DNA of 64,000 bases from positions 8,271-72,270 of the forward strand of contig NW_021833444.1 in NCBI RefSeq assembly GCF_006345805.1, given 5' to 3'. This stretch comes from Octopus sinensis. Taxonomy: Eukaryota. The notes under the pieces were generated by a model. The model saw nothing but the letters and a program-made list of their open reading frames with translations, was not told where the DNA came from and did no database searches. Below, piece after piece: positions 29,000 to 41,918 of the stretch. The position numbers and the translations under genes were made by a program. Position 1 is the first letter of the stretch; each line of letters begins with the position of its first letter.

Positions 29000-31113
29000 G
29001 AAATAATTCAGAAAAAAGCAAAAAATGGTAAGCAAAATTTAATCTGAAAATTTTTGAGATAATCAGAGGATGCTGTAAAAAACATACCCAAACGCAGAGA
29101 AATGCAATGCCGTATCCCCGTCGTCATCTTGTAGTTCTATGTTAGCTCCGGCCTCCAAAAGCATCAATACGATGTCTTTGTGGCCTTTAAAACTAGCAAC
29201 TTGTAAGGCTGTTTTACCAGAACATTTTTTATCAACCTGTGGCGAGAGCGAGAGAGTGACAGAAAATGTACTCAGAGCAATTAAAAATGAAGGACGATTG
29301 AGAGAGCAGAGCAGAGAAAGGCAAAGAAACAAAGAGAGGTGATTCAGAGCGGTCCCGAAGCACAAAATATTCTCAGACTAGAGGGATGCGTATAATAGGA
29401 TTGGCAGTTTTAAAGGACCCCAAGGGCCATGTAGTATTGTTAAACTAGGCAACAGAAATTGTCCATAGAGTTTCTGTCTTCCAAATTTTGTACGCATGAC
29501 ATAAGGTAGAAAGCACTTGTCCTACAGTGCCAAGTAGTAGACTTGAAGCAGGTAACCGTTTCGATTTGATGTGAAACTCTTAAGCAGACAGCTCTCGTTG
29601 CTCGTTCACTGACAAATGTCCAGGTAGCATATGAGGCTCATCAGTTCCACCACTCTGGGAGGAGGTCACCAGTATCGCCTGGATAACAGGCTTAAATAAA
29701 GAAGGAACAAGAAAAATAAAATGAACGGGAGGAGTAAGAAAGGGACGAGGAGGACGAGAGGAAGGAGGAGATGAGGCGAGGAGGGGAGGAGGGGTATGCA
29801 AAGAAGAGGAAAGGGAGGATGATGAAGGGGAAGTGGAGGACGAGGAGAAGGAGGAGAAAGAGGCAGGAGTGAAGGACAAGGAGGAGGAGGTTTGTAGAAA
29901 GAAGAAAAAGATGCAGAAGAAGAAGAAGAAGAAGAAGAAGAAGAAGAAGAAGAAGAAGAAGAAAAAGAAGAAGAAGAAGAAGAAGAAAAGAAGAAGAAGA
30001 AGAAGAAGAAGAAGAAGAAGAAGAAGAAGAAGAAGAAGAAGAAGAAGAGTTGAATGCAATGAACATTTGATATGACAGATATATAGATAACAGCTTACTT
30101 CATCTCGATGACTTTTGATAAATTCTCGAACATTTCGTGTATGGCCTTTAGCAGCATCCTTTACGAAACCATCTAGAACTGTGGCACCAAATCTCATATT
30201 AAAGAGCTTTTGTAGCATGTCATCCATTGATTCTATATAAGTAGTCGTGAAAGTTTAATTATTAAAGTAAATACTTCTAGTTGAATGTAAGCAAAATGTC
30301 TGAAATTAGGAAAATACGATGTGACATCAAAACGTTCCCTGACTAGTTCTGTAGCGCGCCAACAGCTGGCAACACTCTGCCCAATGAGAGCTAGCAGTGA
30401 TCTTCATGAGTCAGTGTACCGAGAGACATCGCTGTGTTTACTTTGCAAGTTGTGGAATTTGTACTTTCGTAATCACGAGTACGCAGGATATCTCTGGAAG
30501 ACAATGAGTGACTCGGAAGACCTGCGAAGAGCATCACCCCTAATAATGTGGTATTGTGCATCAAGAATTCGTCTCCGAGGTCCCGACCGTCAATCGTGAA
30601 TTCTACCGTGATGATTTGAAGCTTTTGAGGGAGGTCTTTCAACGAAAATGACCGGATCTGTGAAGCATGAAGAATTGGCTTCTTCTCGACGTCAATGCAC
30701 CCTGTCACCGAATTCTCCTCACTCGTGAGTTTCTTGCCAAAAATGACATGGAATAGCTTTCACATCCGTCCTATTCGCATCCCTATTCGCCAGATTTAGC
30801 ACCCGCTGGTTTCCATCTCTTCTCCAAGATGAAAACGCAGCTCAAAGGTCGTCGTTTTAACACCGTTGTTGAGATCCAGAGAAAATCACAGAAAGTTCTC
30901 GACTCGCTTACGGAAAACAACTTCCAGGCTGGATTCCAAAAGTGGAAGGAAAGCTGACACTGGGGTATCGCAGCACAAGGTATCTATTTCGAAGGAAAAT
31001 ATGTTAAAACTTAGGTAAAGAAGTTATTATTTTTTAAAATTAAACAAAAGTAGTTCGGGAACCTTTTGATACCACCTCGTATATAATGAAAATAAGTAGT
31101 GTATACACACATG

Positions 31114-31176
<63 letters not shown>

Positions 31177-34100
31177 ACACACACACATATACATAATACA
31201 TACATACATACATACATACATACATACATACATTCAATACGAGCTAAATTTCAAACGGTAATCACATGAACTTGAAAGAAGTTTGTGTACATCTGAAACT
31301 TCTTAAACATAGTCCTGAAATAAGTAATTTCGTAACTCAAGACTAAAATATACTTATTATTCCGGAAGAGATCTAACAATATACCACTTATTACATCTAT
31401 AAAAGTTATCGGGGCGGGGGGCAAAGCCATAACAGGCATTTTGTGTCATTGGATACGGGGTCCAAGGAACATCATTCTAGTAAGTACTATCTTAGTTTTA
31501 CTCTCGCTAAAGCTTCTTAATGTTACTTTGGCCTGAGCCTAAGGTACCTCAAAGCTTCTCCTTTGTAAGACTTTCCAGAATTTCAAGACATGGTAACGAT
31601 ACAATTTCATATGTCTCCACCCATTCCCGGGTAAGCTGGACATAAATGTGATATCTAACTCTTGGCACTTGGTTCAGATTACTTCCGTGCCTTCTTCGTA
31701 CACAGGTAAAACCGAGTGAACGTCTATGTACAGATTGTATAAACTGGTTAAATACATAATTTCAGTGTACACCAGAAAAGGAAAGCAGGAACCAAACACT
31801 AACCATTGATATAATGTTTTAAAGGTCAACACCAGTTATCAAAACTCAATGTACGTAAAATCGAACGTCATTGGTCTCTTGTTTAGTTACGGATCTCACC
31901 ATTCACATAGTGTTAAGAAAAATGGACAGTGAAATAACTACATCGAGATAAAAGTATCAGCATCAAGGAATCAGTTTGTTATGAAGACGTGAATCATCTA
32001 AAATATATTCCCGAAATAACAAACACCAAGTTCGTTTTATGAACCCCATAGCACATTACATAAGATCTACAGTATATATAAGAGTTACGGAACATTATGT
32101 AAGTTACACTATACTTTATATAAGGCCACTGTAAAAAAGCACTTTACATGAGACCCACGATATATAGAACAGCTCCGATAACACATTGTATACTACCGAC
32201 AAAAAACCATAATACAAACCGACAATACATTATACAAGATACACAATTACTCTCCAGTATCAAGTAAAGGTTCACTGCCACTACATTACTGCAAGAAATT
32301 TTCAGACAAAAAAATCTGAGTATCCGCGAAACTTATAACATCATATCTGTGGCCCAAATATAAATTAATAGTTTGCAAAAACTAACAAAAGATAATATGC
32401 TAGAATTGGAGGAACATGAAAGCTATACCTGTACTTTACATTGGTACTGGTCGAAAAGGATCGTTTTCGAAACTAACTTCCAACGTTAGAGACATTAGCC
32501 CTGGATGAAGGAGGTGATATTTCAGCTCTCCTCTACCTGAGAATTAATCTGTGATGTCTATACTACGTTTACTTTAGAGACGTATAGACTTTCTTACAGA
32601 CTTTCTTAATGGTACTACCTTGCTTTATAACATAATTGTTTCAAATTTTGGAGGTGGTTAGTCGATTATATCGGCTCAAGTACTTCACTACTATTTTTGT
32701 TATCGACCCGAAAGGATGAAAGACAATGTTAACTTTGGCGGTAGTTGAGCTAATAAGCCAGGCGACAGCTAATATGAACTTCGTCTGGCGAACTAACGAT
32801 TCTACCACCTCGTCACCACATCCGACCTCGTAGTAAACTTGGGAATTTCAGAATTTTCTGATCTATAAAACATTCCATTGATGAGAAGTACAGATCAGTG
32901 CCTAAAGAATATTGTTTGATACGTCCCAATCTTTCCAAATAAAAGTTATTCGGTTTATAAATGTGTTTAGATGATAGTAAAATCACAAAAACTTACCAGA
33001 GTCGCTATCATCATCGTCCACACTATGCGATACCTTTCTACAGCACTTCGGGTTGAGGGAACACATTTTATCAGACACCGACACAAGCAAAGCACCGTTG
33101 GGTAACACTAGCTTTACCTTAGCGGTTTTTCCTAATATCTACAAACAAAATTAATATAGAAAATTTGTGATGAAAGGGTAAAAATAAAGCAGCAAATTAT
33201 TTAAATGAAGTCAAATACTCAAGAAAATCCCAGGTCAAATTAAAAGACAAAATACCCCTCTTTTTACACAATTAATGGACTGTGGTGTAATTTGACTTAT
33301 ATTTTGTCGTATTACTACTCTTTGACATTAATTTGAATAATCGCATGTGTAAACCTCAAAATTGTAATCTAAGAACATTCTTATCGTATTTCAAGATGAT
33401 AAAAATTACATGCCGCTTTGGTTTTAGTTGATATATTTAACGAAAATTATATATATAACATAGTCCTATCTGTGTCACAAATGTTTGATCCTGAAGCGAA
33501 GAAACAATCAATATAATTTTGAATCTGCTTTCTCTTTAAAATTTCTTGCAGTAGATAAAGCAAGTTTTGGAGAGTAAGCATGATAAGCGTAAACTTCCAT
33601 ATTTAGTGCCATAATCTGTTCCTGAGTTATTTGAGACACATGCGGCCTTGCTTTATCGTGTAAGAGAAACAACATTTTGCAGCTGGCTAATGATCTGCGA
33701 ATTCTTGTGCAATGCTTTAAACTTCTCCATATTATTTGTTTTGTCTTGGCTTAACACACCATGATAGTCGATAACCTTCCTTACCCACCAAATAGAGCAT
33801 AACTATTTTTGCGCAGAAGCAAGGACTGGAGATGTATTTTTTCTTTGGATGTTCACTATATGATATGGTTATAGGGAATCCACTTTCCATCACTTGTGAT
33901 ATTTCTACCTAGGTATGGTTCCGTAGGAAGTTTACTCTTCAATGAGGAGCAGAAGCTTACTCTGAATTAAGCTGAGAATCTATCAGATAATGAGAAACCT
34001 TGACTTAGTGTAGGCACGTTCCTTTGTGAAAGTGTTTTATCGTAGAAGAAAGTTTTACTAATTCTTGTGCAGATTGCTTTGGATTTCCCTCAACTATCAT

Positions 34101-35413
34101 TTTTAGAATATCAATATCGACAGAAATATGTCATTCAGATCGAGAATAATCTGCGACGGAATATTTTCCCGAACTATCGTTGACATATTCAGAGAATTAC
34201 GGGTCTATTTCCATATGCAAAATGAATATTTCTTGCCACTTCCATTGCTGAAGAGCTCTTTGAATTACTAAAGTGTACAGTATCTTATCTAAATTCATTA
34301 AAAAATGGTAAGATCAAAACGAATTTAACAGCTATGGTACATAAAGCAATCTGCCGAGAAACAAAAAATTATAAGAATTAGATTTAATATTTATTTTACT
34401 GAAGACTATGAAAAAGTAACTTTAATGTGATCGTGTTAAAAATGTGACAGGCTTTAATACACACACACTCACACACATGTACTACATAGTGGGAAGTTCC
34501 ATCTGTGGGTGTGCTTGTGGAGTTGTTAGCTAACTCCCTCCTACATCGCTTTATCGATTTTGATGAACCTTGTCACGTGAGTAGAACTCATGTCTGGAAA
34601 CGTGATGGCATACTCAGATTGTTGAAAAATCCATAATAGAGCCCTTGGAAGGGATCCTTATATATATTTAATATATTTCATTTTAACAATCAAGGAAAAT
34701 ACCCCATTCGCCCAAATTTAAGAGCCAAGGGAAAAAACCCATTAATTTTCCTAAATCATTGGTATAAATCAAATTGAGTATGCTTATTTCTTAGTATTTG
34801 AACTATTAGAGTTATTATCGCAATTCATCCAGTACAACTCTTTAACAAATAAATAGTATTTTCCTAAACAATAGATCCACTTATTTCGGTTAGTGACATA
34901 TATATATATATATATATGTAGGTCCCGGGTTGATTCGGGGTTAACCACAGTAAGTAAGGTACTCAATACATAGCAGAGTAAAATTAATTTATTATATAGA
35001 AGGAGCTTCTACAGGACTAGTACTGTTTCATTCAAGAGAAATCTTCAGGAAGCTATTTAACAAGAATTGTATTAGCATTTATACATTTAGGCAGGTTTAA
35101 GGAGTGGTGGTGGGGGACTTTTTTGGGGGTAGGCATAGCGCAAAATACATACTTGGGGGAGTGGTCAAGGAGTCAGTGGAAGTTAGATGAAAGAATAGAT
35201 AAATAAAAAAAAAAAATAAAAAAATAAAATAAAAAAAAAAAAAATAATAAAAAAATAAAAAAATAAAAAAATAAAAAAATAAAAAAATATATATAAAAAT
35301 ATATATAAAAAAATATATATAAAAAAAGGGGGGATAGAGTTATAGGTAAATAAGGAGATTCTCACTTATACCTATACACATATGTATACGTATCTACACA
35401 CACATATATACAC

Positions 35414-35448
<35 letters not shown>

Positions 35449-35884
35449 CACATACACATACACACATATACATACATATCTACATACACACATACGTACA
35501 CCCGCCCACATATACAAATTTATACACATGCACATGCATATACCTGTCTACACATACACACACGTATATATGCATACACTCACTCCCATGCATGCACGCA
35601 TACGCACATGTATATATATACCCACGACCACACATACATATATACACAGAAAAATATATATTCATACGCACATACACTCATGCACACACAACACACCTAG
35701 TTCCCTATATACACATATTTACACCTATATATACATACACCCACATACACATATGTACATATATATATATATATATATACATATACACGCATACATATAT
35801 ATACATGTGTGCACATACATACATATACACACATACATACACATACACATACACATGTGTACCTATACATACCTACACATACAC

Positions 35885-35929
<45 letters not shown>

Positions 35930-36546
35930 CCAATACAGGCCCATTCCCTAATTTTAATTTTATTATCTTCATTTATTACTTTTGTTATCTTGATCGCTAG
36001 AGCTAAGGATCCTGGCTATGGCAGCATGTCCATTTTGTGTCTACTAGAAGGCAAGTACTCATTCCCGCACGCACACTCATTAGCACGTACATTCACCATT
36101 CGTAACTCATACACATACACGTACGCACGCGTTATATTCATACATACAAACATCTACATACGTTCACGTATATACACATACGTACTCGTACCTACAGATT
36201 CGTGTCTACACTTTAGGAGGCTAGTCTATACATATGTATAGACTAGCCTCCTAAAGTGTAGACACGAATCTGTAGGTACGAGTACGTATGTGTATATACG
36301 TGAACGTATGTAGATGTTTGTATGTATGAATATAACGCGTGCGTACGTGTATGTGTATGAGTGTACGAATGGGTGAATGTACGTGCTAATGAGTGTGCGT
36401 GCGGGAATGAGTACTTGCCTTCTAGTAGACAGACAAATGGACATGCTGCCATAGCCAGGATCCTTAGCTCTAGCGATCAAAGATAACAAAAGTAATAAAT
36501 GAAGATAATAAAATTAAAATTAGGGAATGGGCCTGTATTGGATTGT

Positions 36547-36589
<43 letters not shown>

Positions 36590-37023
36590 GTGTATGTGTA
36601 GGTATGTATAGGTACACATGTGTATGGTATGTGTATTATGTGTGTGTATATGTATGGTGTGCACACATGTATATATATGTATGCGTGTATATGTATATAT
36701 ATATATATATATATGTACATATGTGTATGTGGGGTGTATGTATATATAGGTGTAAATATGTGTATATAGGGAACTAGGTGTGTTGTGTGTGCGATGAGTG
36801 TATGTGCGTATGAATATATATTTTCTGTGTATATATGTATGTGTGGTCGTGGGTATATATATACATGTGCGTATGCGTGCATGCATGGGGAGTGAGTGTA
36901 TGCATATATACGTGTGTGTATGTGTAGACAGGTATATGCATGTGCATGGTATAAATTTGTATATGTGGGCGGGTGGATTGGTGTGTATGTAGATATGTAT
37001 GTATATGTGTGTATGTGTATGTG

Positions 37024-37058
<35 letters not shown>

Positions 37059-38155
37059 GTGTATATATGTGTGTGTAGATACGTATACATATGGTGTAGG
37101 TATAAGTGAGAATCTCCTTATTACCTTAAACTCTATCCCCCCTTTTTTTTATATATATTTTTTATATATATATTTTTTATATATTTTTTTTTTTTTTATT
37201 TTTTTATTTTTTTATTTTTATTATTTTTTTATTTTTTATTATTTTTTATTTTTTTTTTTTTATTTATCTATTCTTTCATCTAACTTACCACTGACTCCTT
37301 GACCACTCCCCCAAGTATGATATTTTGCGCTATGCCTACCCCCAAAAAAGTCCCCCACCACCACTCCTTTAAACCTGCCTAAATGTATAAATGCTAATAC
37401 AATTCTTGTTAAATAGCTTCCTGAAGATTTCTCTTGAATGAAACAGTACTAGTCCTGTAAAGCTCCTCTATATAATAAATAAATATATATATATTATATA
37501 TATATATGTAGGTCCCGGGTTGATTCGGGGTTAACCACAGTAAGTAAGGTACTCAATACATAGCAGAGTAAAATTAATTATTATATAGAAGGAGCTTCTA
37601 CAGGACTAGTACTGTTTCATTCAAGAGAAAGAATTTCAGGAAGCTATTTAACAAGAATTGTATTAGCATTTATACATTTAGGCAGGTTTAAAGGAGTGGT
37701 GGTGGGGGACTTTTGGGGGTAGGCATAGCGCAAAATATCATACTTGGGGGAGTGGTCAAGGAGTCAGTGGTAAGTTAGATGAAAGAATAGATAAATAAAA
37801 AAATAAAAAAATAAATAAATAAAAAAATAAAATAAAAAAATAAAAAAATAAAAAATAAAAAAAAATATAAAAAAAATAAATAAAAAAAAATATATATATA
37901 AAAAAAAAATAACAAAATAAAAAAATAAAAAAATAAATAAAATAAAAAAAAAAAATAAAAATAAAAAATAAAAAATAATAAATAAAATAAAATAAAAAAA
38001 AATATAAAAAAATATAATAAAAAAATAAAAATAAAAAAATATATAAAAAATATATATATATAAAAATATATATATAAAAAAAGGGGGAATAGAGTTATAG
38101 GTAAATAAGGAGATTCTCACTTATACCTATACACATATGTATTACGTATCTACAC

Positions 38156-38192
<37 letters not shown>

Positions 38193-38200
38193 ATATATAC

Positions 38201-38231
<31 letters not shown>

Positions 38232-38878
38232 TACATATACACATATACATGTATACATACGCAATAATGATACACATATATACACATACACACACACAGA
38301 CAGATGCATATACATACATATATATATAAATTACATATCTATATAAATACATACATAATACACATATACACACACATATATATATATACACATGCATATA
38401 CATATACAGGTATACATACACATACATACACACACACGCGCACACATACATATACACACACACATATATACAAATACAACATACACACATACACACACAC
38501 CACTATATACAACAGTACACATATACATATATATATATCAACAAGGGAGGGTAAAGTTAATTAGTTATTAATCAATTTCATCAAGTGTTCAGTATGTAAA
38601 GGGACCATTTATTAGAGTTTAGAAAACAAAGTTAGAGGGAAAAAATTCTCTAAGTAGTGGAAGAGGCTAAAAAAACTTTATTGGCTGCTATTTCTAGAAA
38701 GTTAGTATGTGGCAAAGTAATTTATTTTATTTTACTAAGCCCTAATTATATAATATTTTATACATACATACACATACATAAAAACACATACATTTACACA
38801 TACATATGCATATATATAAACATATACATACAAACACATATACGCATATACACACACACACACATACAAGCACATACA

Positions 38879-38917
<39 letters not shown>

Positions 38918-39977
38918 GCAAATATATATACATATATATTTTTTTTTTTTTTTTTTTTTTTTTTACATGCATACATACACACACACACACATAATACATG
39001 CGTATATTCCTACTGTACCCATGCATTTCTATACATATATACATACATACGATACACATATACAAGCGTGCACATATAATATGTGAAAGGTCTTAGGAGA
39101 AAAGGTAATCGGGGGTGCTAGTGGAACAGTGGGGTTGGGGGGTTGTGGGGGTTGGGGGTTGGTGGGGGGTTTGTAGGGGGGGGGGTTGTCATCAATCAGG
39201 TTGCGGGTAGTAGGTCTATAGTTCTTGTAGTTCGCATACTTCTTAGCATGCAATTGGGGAGTGTTCTGAAAATTTGTTAAGGAGAGGGCCTTTGGCGAAC
39301 AAGATCTCTAGGCTCTCTGATATGCATAGGTCACAGCAGGTATGTCCTCTGTGTACGAGCGCGCCTTCTGTAGTAGTTTCCACTTGGTCTTGAAGGGGAT
39401 TGAGTTCCTTTTAAGGTACCGATGTGGGCGGCGAGGGTAGTTTGGTTGGATTTATCCTGTCGCCGGAACGAGTGTGTATGTGCGTACCAGCGGGTCTTAA
39501 AGCTGTTTGACGTCATTCCAATGTAGGATTTACTTTTATCGTCAAGGCTGATCTTACCTCGCATTTATATACTAGGTCCTTCTGTAGGCAGTTGTTGTGA
39601 GGGGGCAGGTGGTTTTATCATGGCAGTTGCAATTGCTATCGGACGTTGGATGGGCCCGGAGAAAGTAGATATGTTAAGTTTTTTCACATTGTTGTTGGCT
39701 AGGTACGTTATTTTTTTATTTTATTTTATTTATTATTTTTATTATCTATTCTTTCATCTAACTTACCACTGACTCCTTGACCACTCCCCCAAGTATGATA
39801 TTTTGCGCTATGCCTACCCCCAAAAAAGTCCCCCACCACCACTCCTTTAAACCTGCCTAAATGTATAAATGCTAATACAATTCTTGTTAAATAGCTTCCT
39901 GAAGATTTCTCTGAATGAACAGTACTAGTCCTGTAGAAGCTCCTTCTATATAATAAATTAATATTATATATATATAT

Positions 39978-40060
<83 letters not shown>

Positions 40061-40450
40061 TAGATATATTTCGCAATAGAGCCTACATATTTCTGTATAG
40101 GCTAGCGTGCGGCCTTCAGTCTATATTATAAGGTAATTAGGTATGAAAAACTGTAATTGTTATTTTCAGCTTATATAAGATACACGCGTTTCTCTAAACC
40201 GATTGGGGCTGTTGCACAATCTGCGTAGCAATGCTGCTGCTAATACAAAGGAAGACATCCGATCGTCTCGTGCAAAAATACCAATCAGCTGTTGGAAACG
40301 AGTCTAAATTATATATATCTTAATAAATATAATTACGTTTTCTACATTTCTTACATAAAAATGTGTTTGCCTGTGTATGTGAGAGAGAGGATGAGAGAGG
40401 AGAGGAATATACATATATGCATACAAGTATATATATATCGATATACATGC

Positions 40451-40502
<52 letters not shown>

Positions 40503-40818
40503 ATTTATATACATGTGCATGTGCGTGCAAAAGTTATTATGTTTCGAAAATAAATGCACGATGATCACGTTTGAAACATGCTGATGGTATATCTGCTGGA
40601 TCAGGCTAAATGTTTGGGGAAGAAAACAATTCTGAAATATACTCACCGATACCATATCATCATTCCATCCGCCATGTCCTTCCTGTAACTTTTTAACTTC
40701 TTGAATGTCTTCAATTATCTTCACTGTATGACCAACGAGAAATTGATCATCCTGAAACATGGATAAGTAAAAGCAAAACATGCATATGTATGTGTGTACA
40801 TATATATATATATATATA

Positions 40819-40850
<32 letters not shown>

Positions 40851-41327
40851 ATATATATATATAATAAAATATTAGGGATAAATCCAAACTTACATGAAAA
40901 ATCAGATTTAGGATTAAATCCAATTTTATAGTATAAATATATTATATTATATTATATTATATTAAATTAGAGATAAAACCACTATTAGGCAAATCAATCA
41001 ATGAAAAACATAAGCCAATACATAAAATTAATTAATTAATATTATTTTAAATATATATCAAAAGTATTAAAAGTTTAATAAAAGATAAAGAGTATATATA
41101 TATGTATATATATACATACATACATACATATACATATAATGTAATGTATTAGCAGACACTCAGGAAAGGAAAGAAAGATGGTTTATCGTTTCGAGCAAAG
41201 CTCTTCTGCAGAAAGAGAGGAAACTCCAAAAGAAGGGAAGACGGAGGAAGAAAATCGCCAACGATTCACATGTGGTTACATATACACACATACATACATA
41301 CATACATACATACATACATACATACAA

Positions 41328-41358
<31 letters not shown>

Positions 41359-41361
41359 TAT

Positions 41362-41402
<41 letters not shown>

Positions 41403-41428
41403 GAGAGAGAGAGAGAGAGATAGGTAGG

Positions 41429-41512
<84 letters not shown>

Positions 41513-41866
41513 CGCAAACACTACTCTGTCAAATACCATACAACATAAATTCTTGATTTACTAAAATTGTCTCCGACTCTAAAGGATGTAACGTAATGTA
41601 AAAAGAAAATGGCAATTAAGGCCAGCTCCAAGAGATAACTACGAATATGTTTAGGTATTGATCTAACCTTATCTTCAGAGCATAGCTTTCACTGTACTTG
41701 TTATGTTAGTGTGAAAGAGTTACACAGTGAATGAATAAGAATTCATATTTACTTGCATAAGGAAAAAGTTGGCAATTGAAACACAAATTAATATGTCTAT
41801 CATATATTGATCTATTAAGATGGTGTTTGTGGCATTACTTCGCAAAAGTCGAAAGCAGAAAAGAAA

Positions 41867-41918
<52 letters not shown>

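Noticed and set aside
29580-30227. 215-aa ORF as a standalone gene
   Set aside because: Only its first 43 codons are exon 8; the rest is intronic (CTT)n read-through past the gtaagc donor.
41670-41700. GAAAGCTATGCTCTGAAGA on the minus strand as a type-II hammerhead; also CTGAAGA at about 22412 and CTGATGA at about 46356
   Set aside because: Stems I, II and III cannot be formed with the required spacing.
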